Below are positions 48,341 to 59,782 of a stretch of DNA of 64,000 bases, piece by piece (the first letter of the stretch is position 1; each line of letters opens with the position of its first letter). The position numbers and the translations under genes are program-made. The stretch is from contig NC_135830.1 in assembly GCF_964213995.1 (NCBI RefSeq), forward strand, positions 6,448,001-6,512,000, read 5' to 3'. A model generated the notes under the pieces. That model was given only the letters and a program-made list of their open reading frames with translations, was not told the origin of the DNA and did not search any database. Origin of the DNA: Mustelus asterias (lineage: Eukaryota).

Positions 48341-51154
48341 ATGGAGAAGGGAAGTGCTCAGGCTGAAGGTCTGAGATGTGTCTATTTTAATGCCAGGAGT
48401 GTAGTGAATAAAGTGGATGAGCTTAGAGCGTGGATTGCTGCTTTGAATTGTGATGTGGTGGCCATTACGGAGACTTGGATGTCTCAGGGACAGGACTGGG
48501 TGCTTCAGGTGCCGGGTTTTAGATGTTTCAGGAAGGACAGGGAGGGAGGCAAGAGAGGGGGGGGAGTGGCACTGTTGATCAGGGATAGTGTCACGGCTGT
48601 AGAGAAGGTGGACGCCGTGGAGGGATTGACTACGGAGTCTCTGTGGGTGGAGGTGAGGAACAGGAAGGGGTCGGTAACGTTGCTGGGTGTTTTCTATAGG
48701 CCGCCCAATAGTAACAGAGATGTTGAGGAGCAGATGGGGAAACAGATCCTGGAGAGATGTAGGAATAACAGAGTTGTCGTGATGGGAGATTTTAATTTCC
48801 CAAACATAGATTGGAATATCCCTAGGGCTAGGGGTTTGGATGGAGAGGAGTTTGTTAGGTGTGTCCAGGAGAGTTTCCTGACACAGTATGTGGATAAGCC
48901 TACTAGAGGAGAGGCTGTACTTGATCTGGTGCTGGCTAATGAACCTGGACAGGTGGAGGATCTCTCAGTGGGTGAGCATCTTGGGGATAGCGATCATAAT
49001 TCTATCTCCTTCACGATAGCATTGGAAAGAGATAGGATCAGGCAGGCTAGGAAAGTGTTTCTCTGGAGTAAAGGGAAATACAGTGTCATCAGGGAGGAAA
49101 TTAGACGGGTAAATTGGAAGGAGGCATTCTTGGGGAAAAGTACCGAAGGAAAGTGGAGGATTTTCAAGGAATGTTTGTCTGGAGCTCTGCATGACAACGT
49201 TCCGATGAGACAGGGGGGTGTTGGTAGGGTACGGGAACCGTGGTGCACGAAGGTTGTGATGAACCTGGTGAATAAGAAAAGAGAGGCGTACAGAAGGTTC
49301 AGAGAGCTAGGAGGTATTAAGGATTTAGAGGAGTATACGGGATGTAGGAAGGAGCTTAAGAAGGAAATTAGGAGAGCGAGAAGGGGTCATGAGAAGGCCT
49401 TGGCGGGTAAGATTAAGGAGAATCCCAAGGCTTTCTACAAATATGTCAAGAGTAAAAGGATGAGATGTGAAGGCATAGGACCCTTAAAAGGTGAAGGGGG
49501 AAAAGTTTGTGCGGAACCGTTAGAAATGGCGGAGCTGCTTAATGAATACTTTACCTCGGTATTCACGGTGGAAAGGGATCTGGGTGGTTGTACTGCTGGT
49601 TTGCGGTGGACAGAAAGGATCGAGCATGTGGACATAAAGAAAGAGGATGTGTTGGAACTATTGAATGGCATCAAGGTTGGTAAGTCGCTGGGACCGGATG
49701 GGATGTACCCCAGGTTACTGTGGGAGGCGAGGGAGGAGATTGCGGAGCCTTTGGCGATGATCTTTGCATCGTCGATGGAGACGGGAGAGGTTCCGGAGGA
49801 TTGGAGGATTGCAGATGTGGTCCCTATATTCAAGAAAGGGAACAGGGACAGCCCGGGAAATTACCGACCGGTGAGTCTAACCTCAGTGGTTGGTAAGTTG
49901 ATGGAGAGGATCCTGAGAGACAGGATTTATGATCATCTAGAGAAGTTTAGTATGATCAAAAGTAGTCAGCACGGCTTTGTCAAGGGCAGGTCGTGCCTTA
50001 CAAGCCTGGTTGAGTTCTTTGAAAATGTGACCAAACACATTGACGAAGGAAGAGCGGTGGATGTGGTCTATATGGACTTCAGCAAGGCGTTCGATAAGGT
50101 CCCCCATGCAAGACTTCTTGAGAAAGTGAGAGGGCATGGGATCCAAGGGGCTGTTGCCTTGTGGATCCAGAACTGGCTTGCCTGCAGAAGGCAGAGAGTG
50201 GCTGTGGAGGGGTCTTTCTCTGCATGGAGGTCAGTGACCAGTGGAGTGCCCCAGGGATCTGTTCTGGGACCCTTGCTGTTTGTCATTTTCATAAATGACC
50301 TGGATGAGGAAGTGGAGGGATGGGTTGGTAAGTTTGCTGACGACACCAAGGTAGGTGGTGTTGTGGATAGTTTGGAGGGATGTCAGAAGTTGCAGCGAGA
50401 CATAGATAGAATGCAAGACTGGGCGGAGAAGTGGCAGATGGACTTCAACCCGGATAAGTGTGTGGTGATCCATTTTGGCAGATCCAATGGGATGAAGCAG
50501 CAGTATAATATGAAGGGTACCATTCTTAGCAGTGTAGAGGATCAGAAGGACCTTGGGGTCCGGGTCCATAGGACTCTTAAATCGGCCTCGCAAGTGGAGG
50601 ATGCGGTCAAGAAGGCGTACGGCGTACTGGCCTTCATTAATCGAGGGATTGAGTTTAGGAGTCGGGAGATAATGCTGCAGCTTTATAGGACCCTGGTTAG
50701 ACCCCACTTGGAGTACTGCGCGCAGTTCTGGTCACCTCATTACAGGAAAGATGTTGAAGCCATTGAAAGGGTGCAGAGGAGATTTACAAGGATGTTGCCT
50801 GGATTGGGGGGCATGCCTTATGAGGATAGGTTGAGGGAGCTTGGTCTCTTCTCCCTGGAGAGACGAAGGATGAGAGGTGACCTGATAGAGGTTTACAAGA
50901 TGTTGAGAGGTCTGGATAGGGTCGACTCCCAGAGGCTATTTCCAAGGGCTGAAATGGTTGCTACGAGAGGACACAGGTTTAAGGTGCTGGGGGGTAGGTA
51001 CAGAGGAGATGTCAGGGGTAAGTTTTTCACTCAGAGGGTGGTGGGTGAGTGGAATCGGCTGACGTCGGTGGTGGTGGAGGCAAACTCGTTGGGGTCTTTT
51101 AAGAGACTTCTGGATGAGTACATGGGATTTAATGGGATTGAGGGCTATAGATAG
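48341..51154 (+). CDS. CR1 ORF2: AP endonuclease plus reverse transcriptase (937 aa from first ATG; frame is open further upstream)
   Basis: FNARS, AITETW, YRPP, MGDFN, LDLV, SDHN (APE); GPDG, YRPVSLT, QHGF, DFSKAFD, GVPQGSVLGP, FADD (RT). Confidence 0.95.
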   Translation: MEKGSAQAEGLRCVYFNARSVVNKVDELRAWIAALNCDVVAITETWMSQGQDWVLQVPGFRCFRKDREGGKRGGGVALLIRDSVTAVEKVDAVEGLTTESLWVEVRNRKGSVTLLGVFYRPPNSNRDVEEQMGKQILERCRNNRVVVMGDFNFPNIDWNIPRARGLDGEEFVRCVQESFLTQYVDKPTRGEAVLDLVLANEPGQVEDLSVGEHLGDSDHNSISFTIALERDRIRQARKVFLWSKGKYSVIREEIRRVNWKEAFLGKSTEGKWRIFKECLSGALHDNVPMRQGGVGRVREPWCTKVVMNLVNKKREAYRRFRELGGIKDLEEYTGCRKELKKEIRRARRGHEKALAGKIKENPKAFYKYVKSKRMRCEGIGPLKGEGGKVCAEPLEMAELLNEYFTSVFTVERDLGGCTAGLRWTERIEHVDIKKEDVLELLNGIKVGKSLGPDGMYPRLLWEAREEIAEPLAMIFASSMETGEVPEDWRIADVVPIFKKGNRDSPGNYRPVSLTSVVGKLMERILRDRIYDHLEKFSMIKSSQHGFVKGRSCLTSLVEFFENVTKHIDEGRAVDVVYMDFSKAFDKVPHARLLEKVRGHGIQGAVALWIQNWLACRRQRVAVEGSFSAWRSVTSGVPQGSVLGPLLFVIFINDLDEEVEGWVGKFADDTKVGGVVDSLEGCQKLQRDIDRMQDWAEKWQMDFNPDKCVVIHFGRSNGMKQQYNMKGTILSSVEDQKDLGVRVHRTLKSASQVEDAVKKAYGVLAFINRGIEFRSREIMLQLYRTLVRPHLEYCAQFWSPHYRKDVEAIERVQRRFTRMLPGLGGMPYEDRLRELGLFSLERRRMRGDLIEVYKMLRGLDRVDSQRLFPRAEMVATRGHRFKVLGGRYRGDVRGKFFTQRVVGEWNRLTSVVVEANSLGSFKRLLDEYMGFNGIEGYR

Positions 51155-51288
51155 GCCTAGAGGTGGGGATGTGATCGGCGCAACTTGTGGGCCGAAGGGC
51201 CTGTTTGTGCTGTGGCTTTCTATGTTCTATGTTCTAATTGTTATTGTTTATCTCAGGGCGCAGAAACAACAGAATCCAACTTTGCCGG

Positions 51289-52830
51289 TCACACATGAAG
51301 TCGTCTATGTTTCAGCAGGCTGTAATACTGATTAAATCCCTTCCCACACATGGAGCAGTTGAAAGGTTTTGCCCCAGTGTGAACTCGCTGGTGTCTCTGC
51401 AGGCGGGATGGATCAGTGAATCCCTTCCCACACAGGGAGCAGGCGAACGGTTCTGTCCCAGTGTGAACTCGCTGGTGTCTCTGCAGGCTGGATACCTGAG
51501 TGTATCCCTTCCCACACACAGAGCAGGTGAATGGTCTCTCCCCGGTGTGAACTCGCTGGTGTCTCTGCAGGCAGGATGAATCAATGAATCCCTTCCCACA
51601 CACAGAGCAGGTGAACGGCCTGTCCCCTGTGTGAATGTATTGGTGTCTCAGCAGGTCAGACGACTGAGTGAATCTCTTGCCACAAATGGAGCAGGAGAAC
51701 GGCTTCTCCCCTGTGTGAGTGCGGCGGTGTGTCCGGAGGCTGGATGACTCGGTGAAAGCCTTCCCACACTCGGAGCAGATGAACGCCCTCTCCCCGGTGT
51801 GAACAGGCCGATGTCTCAGCAGGTGTTGTGAAGAAGCAAATGCTTTCCCGCACACAGGGCAAGCGTAAGGCCTCTCCCCTGTGTGAACACGCTCGTGCAT
51901 CACAAGCTGGGATGAACAAGGAAACATCTTCCCACACACGGAGCAGAGGAATGGCCTCTCCCCAGTGTGAACTCGCCGGTGCCTCAGAAGATAGTAAGAC
52001 CGAGTGAATTCCTTCCCACACACCGAGCAGGTGAACAGCTTCTCCCCAGTGTGAACTTGTTGGTGTGTCAGCTGGTCAGTTGATTGAACTTCTTCCTTTC
52101 TACACATTGAGGAGGTGAATGGTTTCCCTCCAGTGTGAATACTCTTGTGTGTCAAAAGGCGTGAAAATCGAGTGAATCTCTTCCCACACAGGGAGCAGAG
52201 GAAAGGCCTCTCCCCAGTGTGAACTCGCTTGTGTGTCAGAAGATGAGATGAATGAGCAAATCTCTTCCCACAAACAGAACAGGGGTACGGCTTCTCCCCG
52301 GTGTGAGTGCCCTGGTGTCTCAGCAGACTAATCCTTCTTTTGAAGGTCTTCTCACATTTAAAGCATTTAAAATGTCTCTTCTGAGAATGAACCAGTTGGT
52401 GAACGGTGCAGTGGGAGGACTGAGTGAATCTCTTCCCACACTGGGAGCAGCTGAATGGCCTGTCCTTGGTGTGAACTTGTTGGTGCTCAGTGAGATGCAC
52501 TGAGTCACTGAATGACTCTCCACAATGAGTGCAGCTGAACGGTCTCTCGTGTGTGTGAAGGAGCTGGTGCTCTGCAAGGCGGGAGGACTGGCTGAACCTC
52601 TTCCCGCAGTGGGAGCAGCTGAACGGTCTCTCGTCAATGTGAAGGAGCTGGTGTTGGGCCTGTTCCTCAGACGTCTCAACGCTGTCCCCAGAGTCAGAGC
52701 TTTGAAGAGGCTTCTCATCAATGTGATCGAGTTGGTGAGCCAGCAGGTTGGACGAACACATGAATTTCTTCCCACACACGGAGCAGGTGAATGAACTCTC
52801 ACTGTTGCGAGCTCGCTGTCGTGTCAGCAT
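51289..52830 (-). CDS. Tandem C2H2 zinc-finger protein (gene 9), 16 intact and 2 degenerate fingers, ~513 aa
   Basis: First ATG 52830 (MLTRQRARN); long open finger array; most divergent paralog, lacking the MEKPWKC start. Confidence 0.87.
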   Translation of the reverse strand: MLTRQRARNSESSFTCSVCGKKFMCSSNLLAHQLDHIDEKPLQSSDSGDSVETSEEQAQHQLLHIDERPFSCSHCGKRFSQSSRLAEHQLLHTHERPFSCTHCGESFSDSVHLTEHQQVHTKDRPFSCSQCGKRFTQSSHCTVHQLVHSQKRHFKCFKCEKTFKRRISLLRHQGTHTGEKPYPCSVCGKRFAHSSHLLTHKRVHTGERPFLCSLCGKRFTRFSRLLTHKSIHTGGKPFTSSMCRKEEVQSTDQLTHQQVHTGEKLFTCSVCGKEFTRSYYLLRHRRVHTGERPFLCSVCGKMFPCSSQLVMHERVHTGERPYACPVCGKAFASSQHLLRHRPVHTGERAFICSECGKAFTESSSLRTHRRTHTGEKPFSCSICGKRFTQSSDLLRHQYIHTGDRPFTCSVCGKGFIDSSCLQRHQRVHTGERPFTCSVCGKGYTQVSSLQRHQRVHTGTEPFACSLCGKGFTDPSRLQRHQRVHTGAKPFNCSMCGKGFNQYYSLLKHRRLHV

Positions 52831-53116
52831 GTTTACCAGCTGATCAATCCCTTCCCACACGAGGAGCAGATGAACGGATTCTCACCAGTTTCCAACTGAG
52901 ATGGTCAATTAAATCCCTTCAGATGCACAAATTTTCAGATCCCGATGTTTTTTTTTAACTGGTCGGTGCAACATCGTGGGCCGAAGGGCCTGTTCTGCGC
53001 TGTAATGTTCTATGTTCTATAACCGATTGACTCTGTCTGACGTGAGATTCGATCATCCAGACTGCAGATCCTTCTCTTCAATTTCCTGCAAAATAAGTTT
53101 ACAAAGAATTACATGG

Positions 53117-53408
53117 ATGGCAGAGTGGTTAGTACTCCTGCCTCACAGCACCAGGGACCTGGGTTCGATTGTAGCCTTGGTTACCTGTCTGTATGGAGTT
53201 TGCACATTCTCCTCGTGTCTGTGTGGGTTTCCTCCGGGTGCTCCGGTTCCCTCCCACTCTCCAAAGATGTTCAGGTTAGGTGGTTGCCCCTTTCTGTCCC
53301 AAGATGTGTAGGTTAGGGAGATTAGCGGGGTAAATATGTGGGGTTACGGGAATATGCCTGGGTGGGGTGGTCTGAAAGGCCTCCTTCTGCACTGTAGGGA
53401 TTCTATGA
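53117..53408 (+). mobile_element. HE1-related SINE, followed by a Deu-domain SINE (~53450-53790, -)
   Basis: Head GGCAGAGTGGTTAGTAC, GGTTCGATT, V core, TTCTATGA tail. Confidence 0.78.
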
Positions 53409-54614
53409 ATACATGAGATACACAAAACACAAACAGGCCAGTCTATTTTTTAAATTCATTTTTAACGGGGTGTGGGTGTCGCCGACTGGGACAGCATTTA
53501 TTGCCCATCCCCAACTGCCCTCCATTTCACAGGGCATTTGAGAGTCAACCACATTGCTGTGGGTCACATGTAGGCCAGACCAGTTAAGGCCAGCAGATTT
53601 CCATCCTTAAAGGACATCAGTGAACCAGATGGGCTTTTACGACAATCAACAATGGTTTCATGGTCAATATCAGACTTTTAATTGAATTTAAATTTCACCA
53701 TCTGCTGTGGTGGGATTCGAACCTAGGTCCCCAGAACATTATCCTGGGTCTCTGGGTTGCTAGTCCAGTGATAGTTCCACTGTGCCACTGCCTCCGCCGC
53801 CACCCTCCCACCCCTGCCCTGATCTGTACTGGAATTTCTAATCCACACAAATCTCCTCTCATTCTGCTCACCTCAACTCAGCTTTTCAGCTCAACTTTTT
53901 AATCCTTTTTCTCTCATGTTCTCATCTGGTTTCCTTTTTAAAGCATCTAAGGTATTTGTCTCAACCACTTCCAGTCGCAGTGAGTTCCATATTCTAACAA
54001 CTGTCCGAAGAAATAAATATCTCCTCCTGTTGATTTATTCGTCTGTGTTGTCTGTTCATGGTTCCCAGTATTGGAAACACCAACAAGTGGAAACATTCCA
54101 TTCACAGCTACCTACTTATCCCATTCAGAAAGCCTATATCAGAAGAGACAACTCTTGGTTTGAGCTTGTTGTGTGTAAATCCTCCCTTTCTAACCCCCTG
54201 TTTAAGAAAAAGTGTCCAAAATCCATCACGATAGAAAATCGCAATATTATCTCAGGTACAAGTAATTCAGAAAGCTATTATTTATTATGAGGGGAATTGA
54301 GTAAAAGCAGGGAAGTTATGTTTCAGTTGCACAGGGCATTGGTTAGACATATCTGGAGCAGTGTGTACATTATCGGTTTCCTTATTTAAGGAAAAATATG
54401 AGTGCATATTATTCTTTAACTGCTTTATGAGAAGCAGTTCATAGTAGGTTTAGTAGATTAATACCTGGAAATGGGTGGATTGTCCGATGAGGAGCAGTGA
54501 GACAGTCTCTGCTCGAGTTTAGCTTCTGCTCGACTTCAAAAGAGTAAGAGGCAACTTAATTTAAACCTTCAAGATTCTGAAAACTCTTGACAGGGTGAAT
54601 ATGGAGAGAAAGGT

Positions 54615-55032
54615 TAAAGCAAATTACTGCGGATGCTGGAATCTGAAACCAAAAGAGAAAATGCTGGAAAATCTCAGGAGGTCTGGCAGCATCTGTGAGG
54701 AGAGAAAAGAGCTGAAGCTTCGAGTCCAGGTGACCTTTTGTCAAAGCATAAAAAAGGCATAGAAAGTGGGAGATATTTACACTGTGAGGGAATGAAAGAT
54801 GGGTCCAAGCCACAGGAACCAGGGGAAAGGATGCTAATGGCAGTCCATAGAGAGTATAGAAGTGTGAATGGCCAAACAGCAGAGAAGCTGAAGAAGTTGT
54901 GATGGATGAAGATGTTGGGGGGGGGTGGATTGGAGGGAGGAAAAATTGAGAAAAAGGGGGAAAGGCGAAGCAAAGGGGGAGAAAAGGTGCTGCCTGACCT
55001 GCTGAGACTTTCCAGCATTTTCTGTTTTGGAT
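54615..55032 (-). mobile_element. Second Penelope-like family fragment with inverted termini, inserted in a CR1 fragment (~54270-55325, +)
   Basis: 54650-54690 and 54988-55030 are inverted copies (GCTGCC.GACCT.CTGAGA.TTTCCAGCATTTTCT); variant hammerhead-like GCUUUGACAA..GACUCGAAGCUUCAGC near 54710-54746. Confidence 0.6.
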
Positions 55033-55499
55033 CTGGAGAGGATGTTTACTCTCAGGGGAGAATCTAGGGAGTCGCTGTTTTAAAAAACAGCATTGCCCAT
55101 TGAAAACAGAGATGAGATGTTTTTCTCTCAGAGGGTCATGAATCTTTGGATTCACGTTCTTCAAAAGTGGAAGTAGAGTCTGATTTCAATTAGATAAATC
55201 TCTTGGGGCGACAGGGATCAGGGTATTGAATTTGATAATCAGCCATGACAATAATGAATGGCGGCGCACGCTCGAAGGGCCGAACGGCCGACTCCCAGCT
55301 TCTATTTTCTATGTATGTTTCTATGTAAACATGAGGAGCCTGGGGCTGAAGTGTAACCAAAAGCTGTGTAACAGCTTTAGGTAACTATACAGAGTTTGCA
55401 ACCTCTCAGACTGAATATGTACATGGCCCATGGACTCATCGAGGCTGCAAACAGCAGCTGCAGCCTGGGTGGGTGAAGCTGTTTAGAAACCTATTGCTC

Positions 55500-56310
55500 A
55501 TTGTGCTATAGGACCGGGAGCTAGGACCTGGAGGGGAAGCAGAAACATGAAGCCCCGCCCACTCGATGTTGCGTCACCGAGAACATGCGCTCTCCTCCCT
55601 GCTGAATCAAGATGGCGGCCGTTAACCTGAGTCTCGTCTCGGGAAAAAGACCGGAAGCTGCAAACACAGACCGACGGGCTCATTTTCGAGATTTGAGGCT
55701 TTGACCAGGTATTTAGAAACCCTCGACGTCCATCCGCCGGTTCCATTGCTCCCTCTACGTTTCCGCATCCTTACCGGCTGCTGATGAGACAGAGGAACTT
55801 CTCTCCGATTGCGATCACCCACACTGCGTGCTGCAAACGCCGTTGCTTACTGCGCATGCTCCAGACTGTAACATTACTGCGCAGGCGAACCCCTTCCCGT
55901 GCGTTCCATGGGGACACCTCAGCCCCGCCCTTCGTTCAGTCCGATTGGATGGAGGACCAACCGCTCCCGCTCGGTCCTCCAGCCCCGCCCCCTATTCCTA
56001 TTGGTCCGGAGCGGCCGTCAATCAGTGCCCGGGCATTGTGATGTGGAGCATGCGCAGTGTCATTGCTGGCCTTGGCGCTTGTTTGTCCCGGAGAAGCGGA
56101 GTCAGCGTTAGGCGGTGGCTGGGAGGATTTGGAAACACTTTGTGGATCCGCAAACCCTTCAGAATCATTGTCAGCTCCCTGGTTTGCATCTGCGGGGCTT
56201 CTCCCTCCCTCCCTCCCGGGAACAGGCCCAGGTTAACGGCCCCATCCTGGCTCAGCCACTGGAGGATCGTTCACATCAGAGGATGGGGGAGGGGGACAAT
56301 AAATAAGAGG
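55500..56310. promoter_or_regulatory. CpG-rich bidirectional promoter for ZNF genes 9 and 10
   Basis: AAGATGGCGGCC, TGCGCATGC, GCATGCGCA, ATTGG x2, CCCCGCCC; candidate donors CAG|GTTAAC on both strands (~55626, ~56232). Confidence 0.7.
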
Positions 56311-57037
56311 TTACACTTTGGCCTCAAATCAATGAGGACTCTGATTTCTGGGAAGGAAGGAAACCCTGGGAGGTGGGCGGGGAGGATTCACAAACACCCG
56401 CTGGAGGCCCCAACACCCCCAATAAGACCCATTGGTTTTATTGTCAGTCTGCAGACAGGAGCTGGAGAACTGAACCCAGACAGAGGAGAGGGAGGGAGAA
56501 AACTGGGAGTGGAGGAAAGAAATGGTGAGATGGGTTTGGATTTCAGCCCAGGGAGGAGGGAGAGTGTGTGGTACAGGGATTTACTGATTTGGGGGAACAA
56601 GAGAGGCAATTTTCTTTTTAGCATGGCCAATCAACCTAACTCGCACATCTTTGGACTGAATTTCTATCTCGATTGACCGTGACGATTTTTGTTAACTCCT
56701 TTTACAGGTGAGGTGAGGAAACATCACATAAAAATCAGATTGAGTATCGACTTATTTGGACCTGAATATCCTGAGACTTTGAACGTGGAAGGAGAAATAT
56801 TTGTCTGTTCTGCCTGGAGGAGAAGATTTCAAACATCAGTGTGACTGGAAAAGCACTGAGACACACACACCCAAGTGAGAGTGTTCCAGTGAACTGACTG
56901 GAAAAAGCTTAAACCAGTTACAGAGCCTGAAGAAACATCACACCATTCACAGCTGGGAGAAACTGTACATATGTTGTGTGTGTGGACAAGACTTCAACTG
57001 ATCATCCAACCTGGAGAGACACAAGGACACTGGCACT

Positions 57038-57571
57038 ATGGAGAAACCATGGAAATGTGAGGACTGTGGGAAGGGATTCAATTATCCTTCCCATCTCGAA
57101 ACTCATCGTCGCAGTCACACAGGAGAGAGACCGTTCATCTGCTGTGTGTGTGGAAAAGGTTTTGTTCAGTCACAACACCTGCAGTCACACCAACGCTCTC
57201 ATTCCAATAAGAGACATTTAAAATGTTCCAACTGTGAGAAGGGCTTTAAGAGCAAAAAGCACTTGAAACAACACCAACACATTCACACTGGAAAGAGGCC
57301 GTTCATCTGTTCTGTGTGTGGGAAGGGATTCACTCAGTCAGCCACCCTGATGAGACACCAGCAGACTCACACAGGAAAAAGGCCGTTCACCTGCTCAGTG
57401 TGTGGGAAAGGATTCATTCAGTCATCCACCCTGCGGAGGCATCTGCGAGTTCACACTGGGGAGAGGCCGTTCCCTTGCTCCAAGTGTGGGAAGGAATTCA
57501 CTCGGTTAGACACTCTCAGTTTGCATCAACATGTTCACACTGAAAAATTACTTTTTAAACATTACGAATGA
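57038..57571 (+). CDS. Tandem C2H2 zinc-finger protein (gene 10), 6 fingers, 177 aa; 2 decayed fingers after the stop
   Basis: MEKPWKCEDC start, 6 intact fingers; acceptor TTTTACAG at ~56707. Confidence 0.85.
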   Translation: MEKPWKCEDCGKGFNYPSHLETHRRSHTGERPFICCVCGKGFVQSQHLQSHQRSHSNKRHLKCSNCEKGFKSKKHLKQHQHIHTGKRPFICSVCGKGFTQSATLMRHQQTHTGKRPFTCSVCGKGFIQSSTLRRHLRVHTGERPFPCSKCGKEFTRLDTLSLHQHVHTEKLLFKHYE

Positions 57572-58170
57572 GAGAAGAGTGAGTTGCAGACACACCAATG
57601 CATTTGTGTTGAAGAGTGGATGCTCACCTGCTCTGTCTGTGGGAAGGGACTTATTCAGTCACAACACCTATTGAGACATCAGTAAGTTTTTGTGCAAGGG
57701 TGGGATTCTGTCAATCACTTCCATTGTGTGTTTCTGCTCATGTTAAACTCCAACCCTGTTATAGGAGTTATTGATATTCTAGATAAATGTCACTAAGTCA
57801 GTTTTTATGGAAATGCGCAGTGCTGTGTTAATATTTCTCCAATGGAAGAGGAGACTAATTGATGTCCTGCTACCAGCTTCATTTTGGGGCCTTTTATCAT
57901 TTCGAACTCTAGATTATTTCAGTTCTGACGCCTTCGGTTATTCTCATGGACAATTCTCAGCTCCCCATATTTTCCAGAGTGTCTCTCCTGGCGCTGGGAT
58001 CCAGGGAAGTTATCGGTCACAGTCCTGTGATCAATAAAGCTAAAACCAAATCTGCTTGTTGTTTCTGACTCTTGGACTTCACCCCTGTCCCAAAACATCT
58101 CTCTCTTCTTTGATGTGTGAATGGAACATGATGCCTGCAAACCTGGTTTAAATTGAAATCGTCTCAGCAA

Positions 58171-58770
58171 ATTTAACAGGAGCCTGCAGGCTGATGAGAC
58201 AGTGTAACACTGTCAGTGTGTTCCTCTGCTGCTCTGTATTTAACAGGAGCCTGCAGGCTGATGAGACAGTGTTACACTGTCAGTGTGTTCCTGTACAGCT
58301 CTGTATTTAACAGGAACCTGCAGGCTGATGAGACTGTGTTACACTGTCAGTGTGTTCCTGCACTGCTCTGTATTTAACAGGAGCCTGCAGACTGATGAGA
58401 CTGTGTTACACTGTCAGTGTGTTCCTCTGCTGCTCTGTATTTAACAGGAACCTGCAGGCTGATGAGATTGTGTTACACTGTCAGTGTGTTCCTGTACAGC
58501 TCTGTATTTAACAGGAGCCTGCAGGCTGATGAGACAGTGTTACACTGTCAGTGTGTTCCTGTACTGCTCTGTATTTAACAGGAGCCTGCAGGCTGATGAG
58601 ACAGTGTTACACTGTCAGCATGTTCCTCTGCTGCTCTGTATTTAACAGGAGCCTGCAGGCTGATGAGACAGTGTTACACTGTCAGCGTGTTCCTCTGCTG
58701 CTCTGTATTTAACAGGAGCCTGCAGGCTGATTAGACTCTTCTCCAGTCAGTGTGCTCCTGTACAGTGGAG
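58171..58770. repeat. 67-bp minisatellite, 8 full copies plus a partial one
   Basis: Unit ATTTAACAGGAGCCTGCAGGCTGATGAGACAGTGTTACACTGTCAGTGTGTTCCTCTGCTGCTCTGT; starts at 58171, 58238 ... 58707. Confidence 0.95.
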
Positions 58771-59399
58771 CCTTTGCTGTTATGAAATGTGGGTGAAAAG
58801 TAATGAGCCTCATATCCTTGCTCATGTTGCTGTGATTGTGCAGAAAGGGGATGTGTAAAGAGCTGGTCTTTGTGTGGAGATATGAACCAAGGAAATGGTA
58901 TCTGTTTGTGACAGTGACACAACCTGTGCTCACACTCAGAACAATGCACAGATATCATTCTGGTTACAGTTTGAACAGGGTCAGATCACAACTGTCGTGA
59001 ACAATTTAAACAGGAATATCTCTCGTGTAGCTGCAGCTTGTTAGATCAGAGCTGAGGAGGAGAGAGTTCTGAATCCACTGTATTATCTCTGTTCTGCAGA
59101 CTGGGTAACTTTTTAAATCGAATGATATTTCATTCAAGAAACAGGCTCACAGCCACAAGGCTGAATTGCTGTGTAACTTATATCAAAAAATCATAAAATT
59201 CAGGTACAGACCAAATAATCATGTTAAACACATGGAAACCTGTGACAATCCAGTAATAATAACAATTAACAAATTCACCAGGTAATAGGGAAGTGGTAGA
59301 CAGGATATTAAAGAAGGAATATTGAATTAGATTATGTTAAAATTACAGACCAATACACCATTACAGGCTCGGGGATGCAGATAAATTTCATATAAAAGG

Positions 59400-59782
59400 C
59401 AGGCAGTGGCAGAGTGATATTGTCGCTGGACTAGTAATCAAGAGTCCCAGGTAATACTTCAGGGACCAGGGTTCGAATCCCACCACGGCAGGTGGTGAAA
59501 TCTGAATTCAATAAAAATCTGGAGTTAAAAGTCTCATGACCATGAAACTGTTGTCGATTGTTGTAAAAAAAACCCCATCTGGTTCACGAATGTGTTTAGG
59601 GAAGGAAATCTGCCATCCTTACCTGGTCTGGCACATCTTTGACTCCAGATTCACAGCAATGTGGTTGACTCTTAAATGCCCTCTGCAATGGCCTAGCAAA
59701 CTCCTCAGTCCAAGGGTAATTAGGGTGGGTACTAAATGCTGGCCAAGCCAGTGACATCCACATCACATGAATGAATAAAAAA
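59400..59782 (+). mobile_element. Deu-domain SINE (SacSINE1-like)
   Basis: GGTTCGAATCC B box, GACTCCAGA..CACAGCAATGTGGTTGACTCTTAAATGCCCTCTG core, AATGAATAAAA tail. Confidence 0.8.

Larger units (their letters stand above)
46949..51236 (+). mobile_element. Full-length, apparently intact CR1-clade LINE (HER1-like)
   Basis: 5' UTR with 24-bp tandem duplication, ORF1, ORF2, 3' UTR and (TTCTATG)n tail; both ORFs uninterrupted; possible short TSD (A)ATTG. Confidence 0.93.

Noticed and set aside
55828-56676. 282-aa ORF (and the 267-aa ORF at 39992-40795) as an effector-domain exon
   Set aside because: Spans GC-rich promoter, splice donor and intron or SINE sequence; no domain motif and not conserved in frame among paralogous cassettes.
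58171-58770. CRISPR array or functional hammerhead array
   Set aside because: Units are contiguous with no unique spacers, no cas genes, eukaryotic context; the GAAA half of the hammerhead core is absent.
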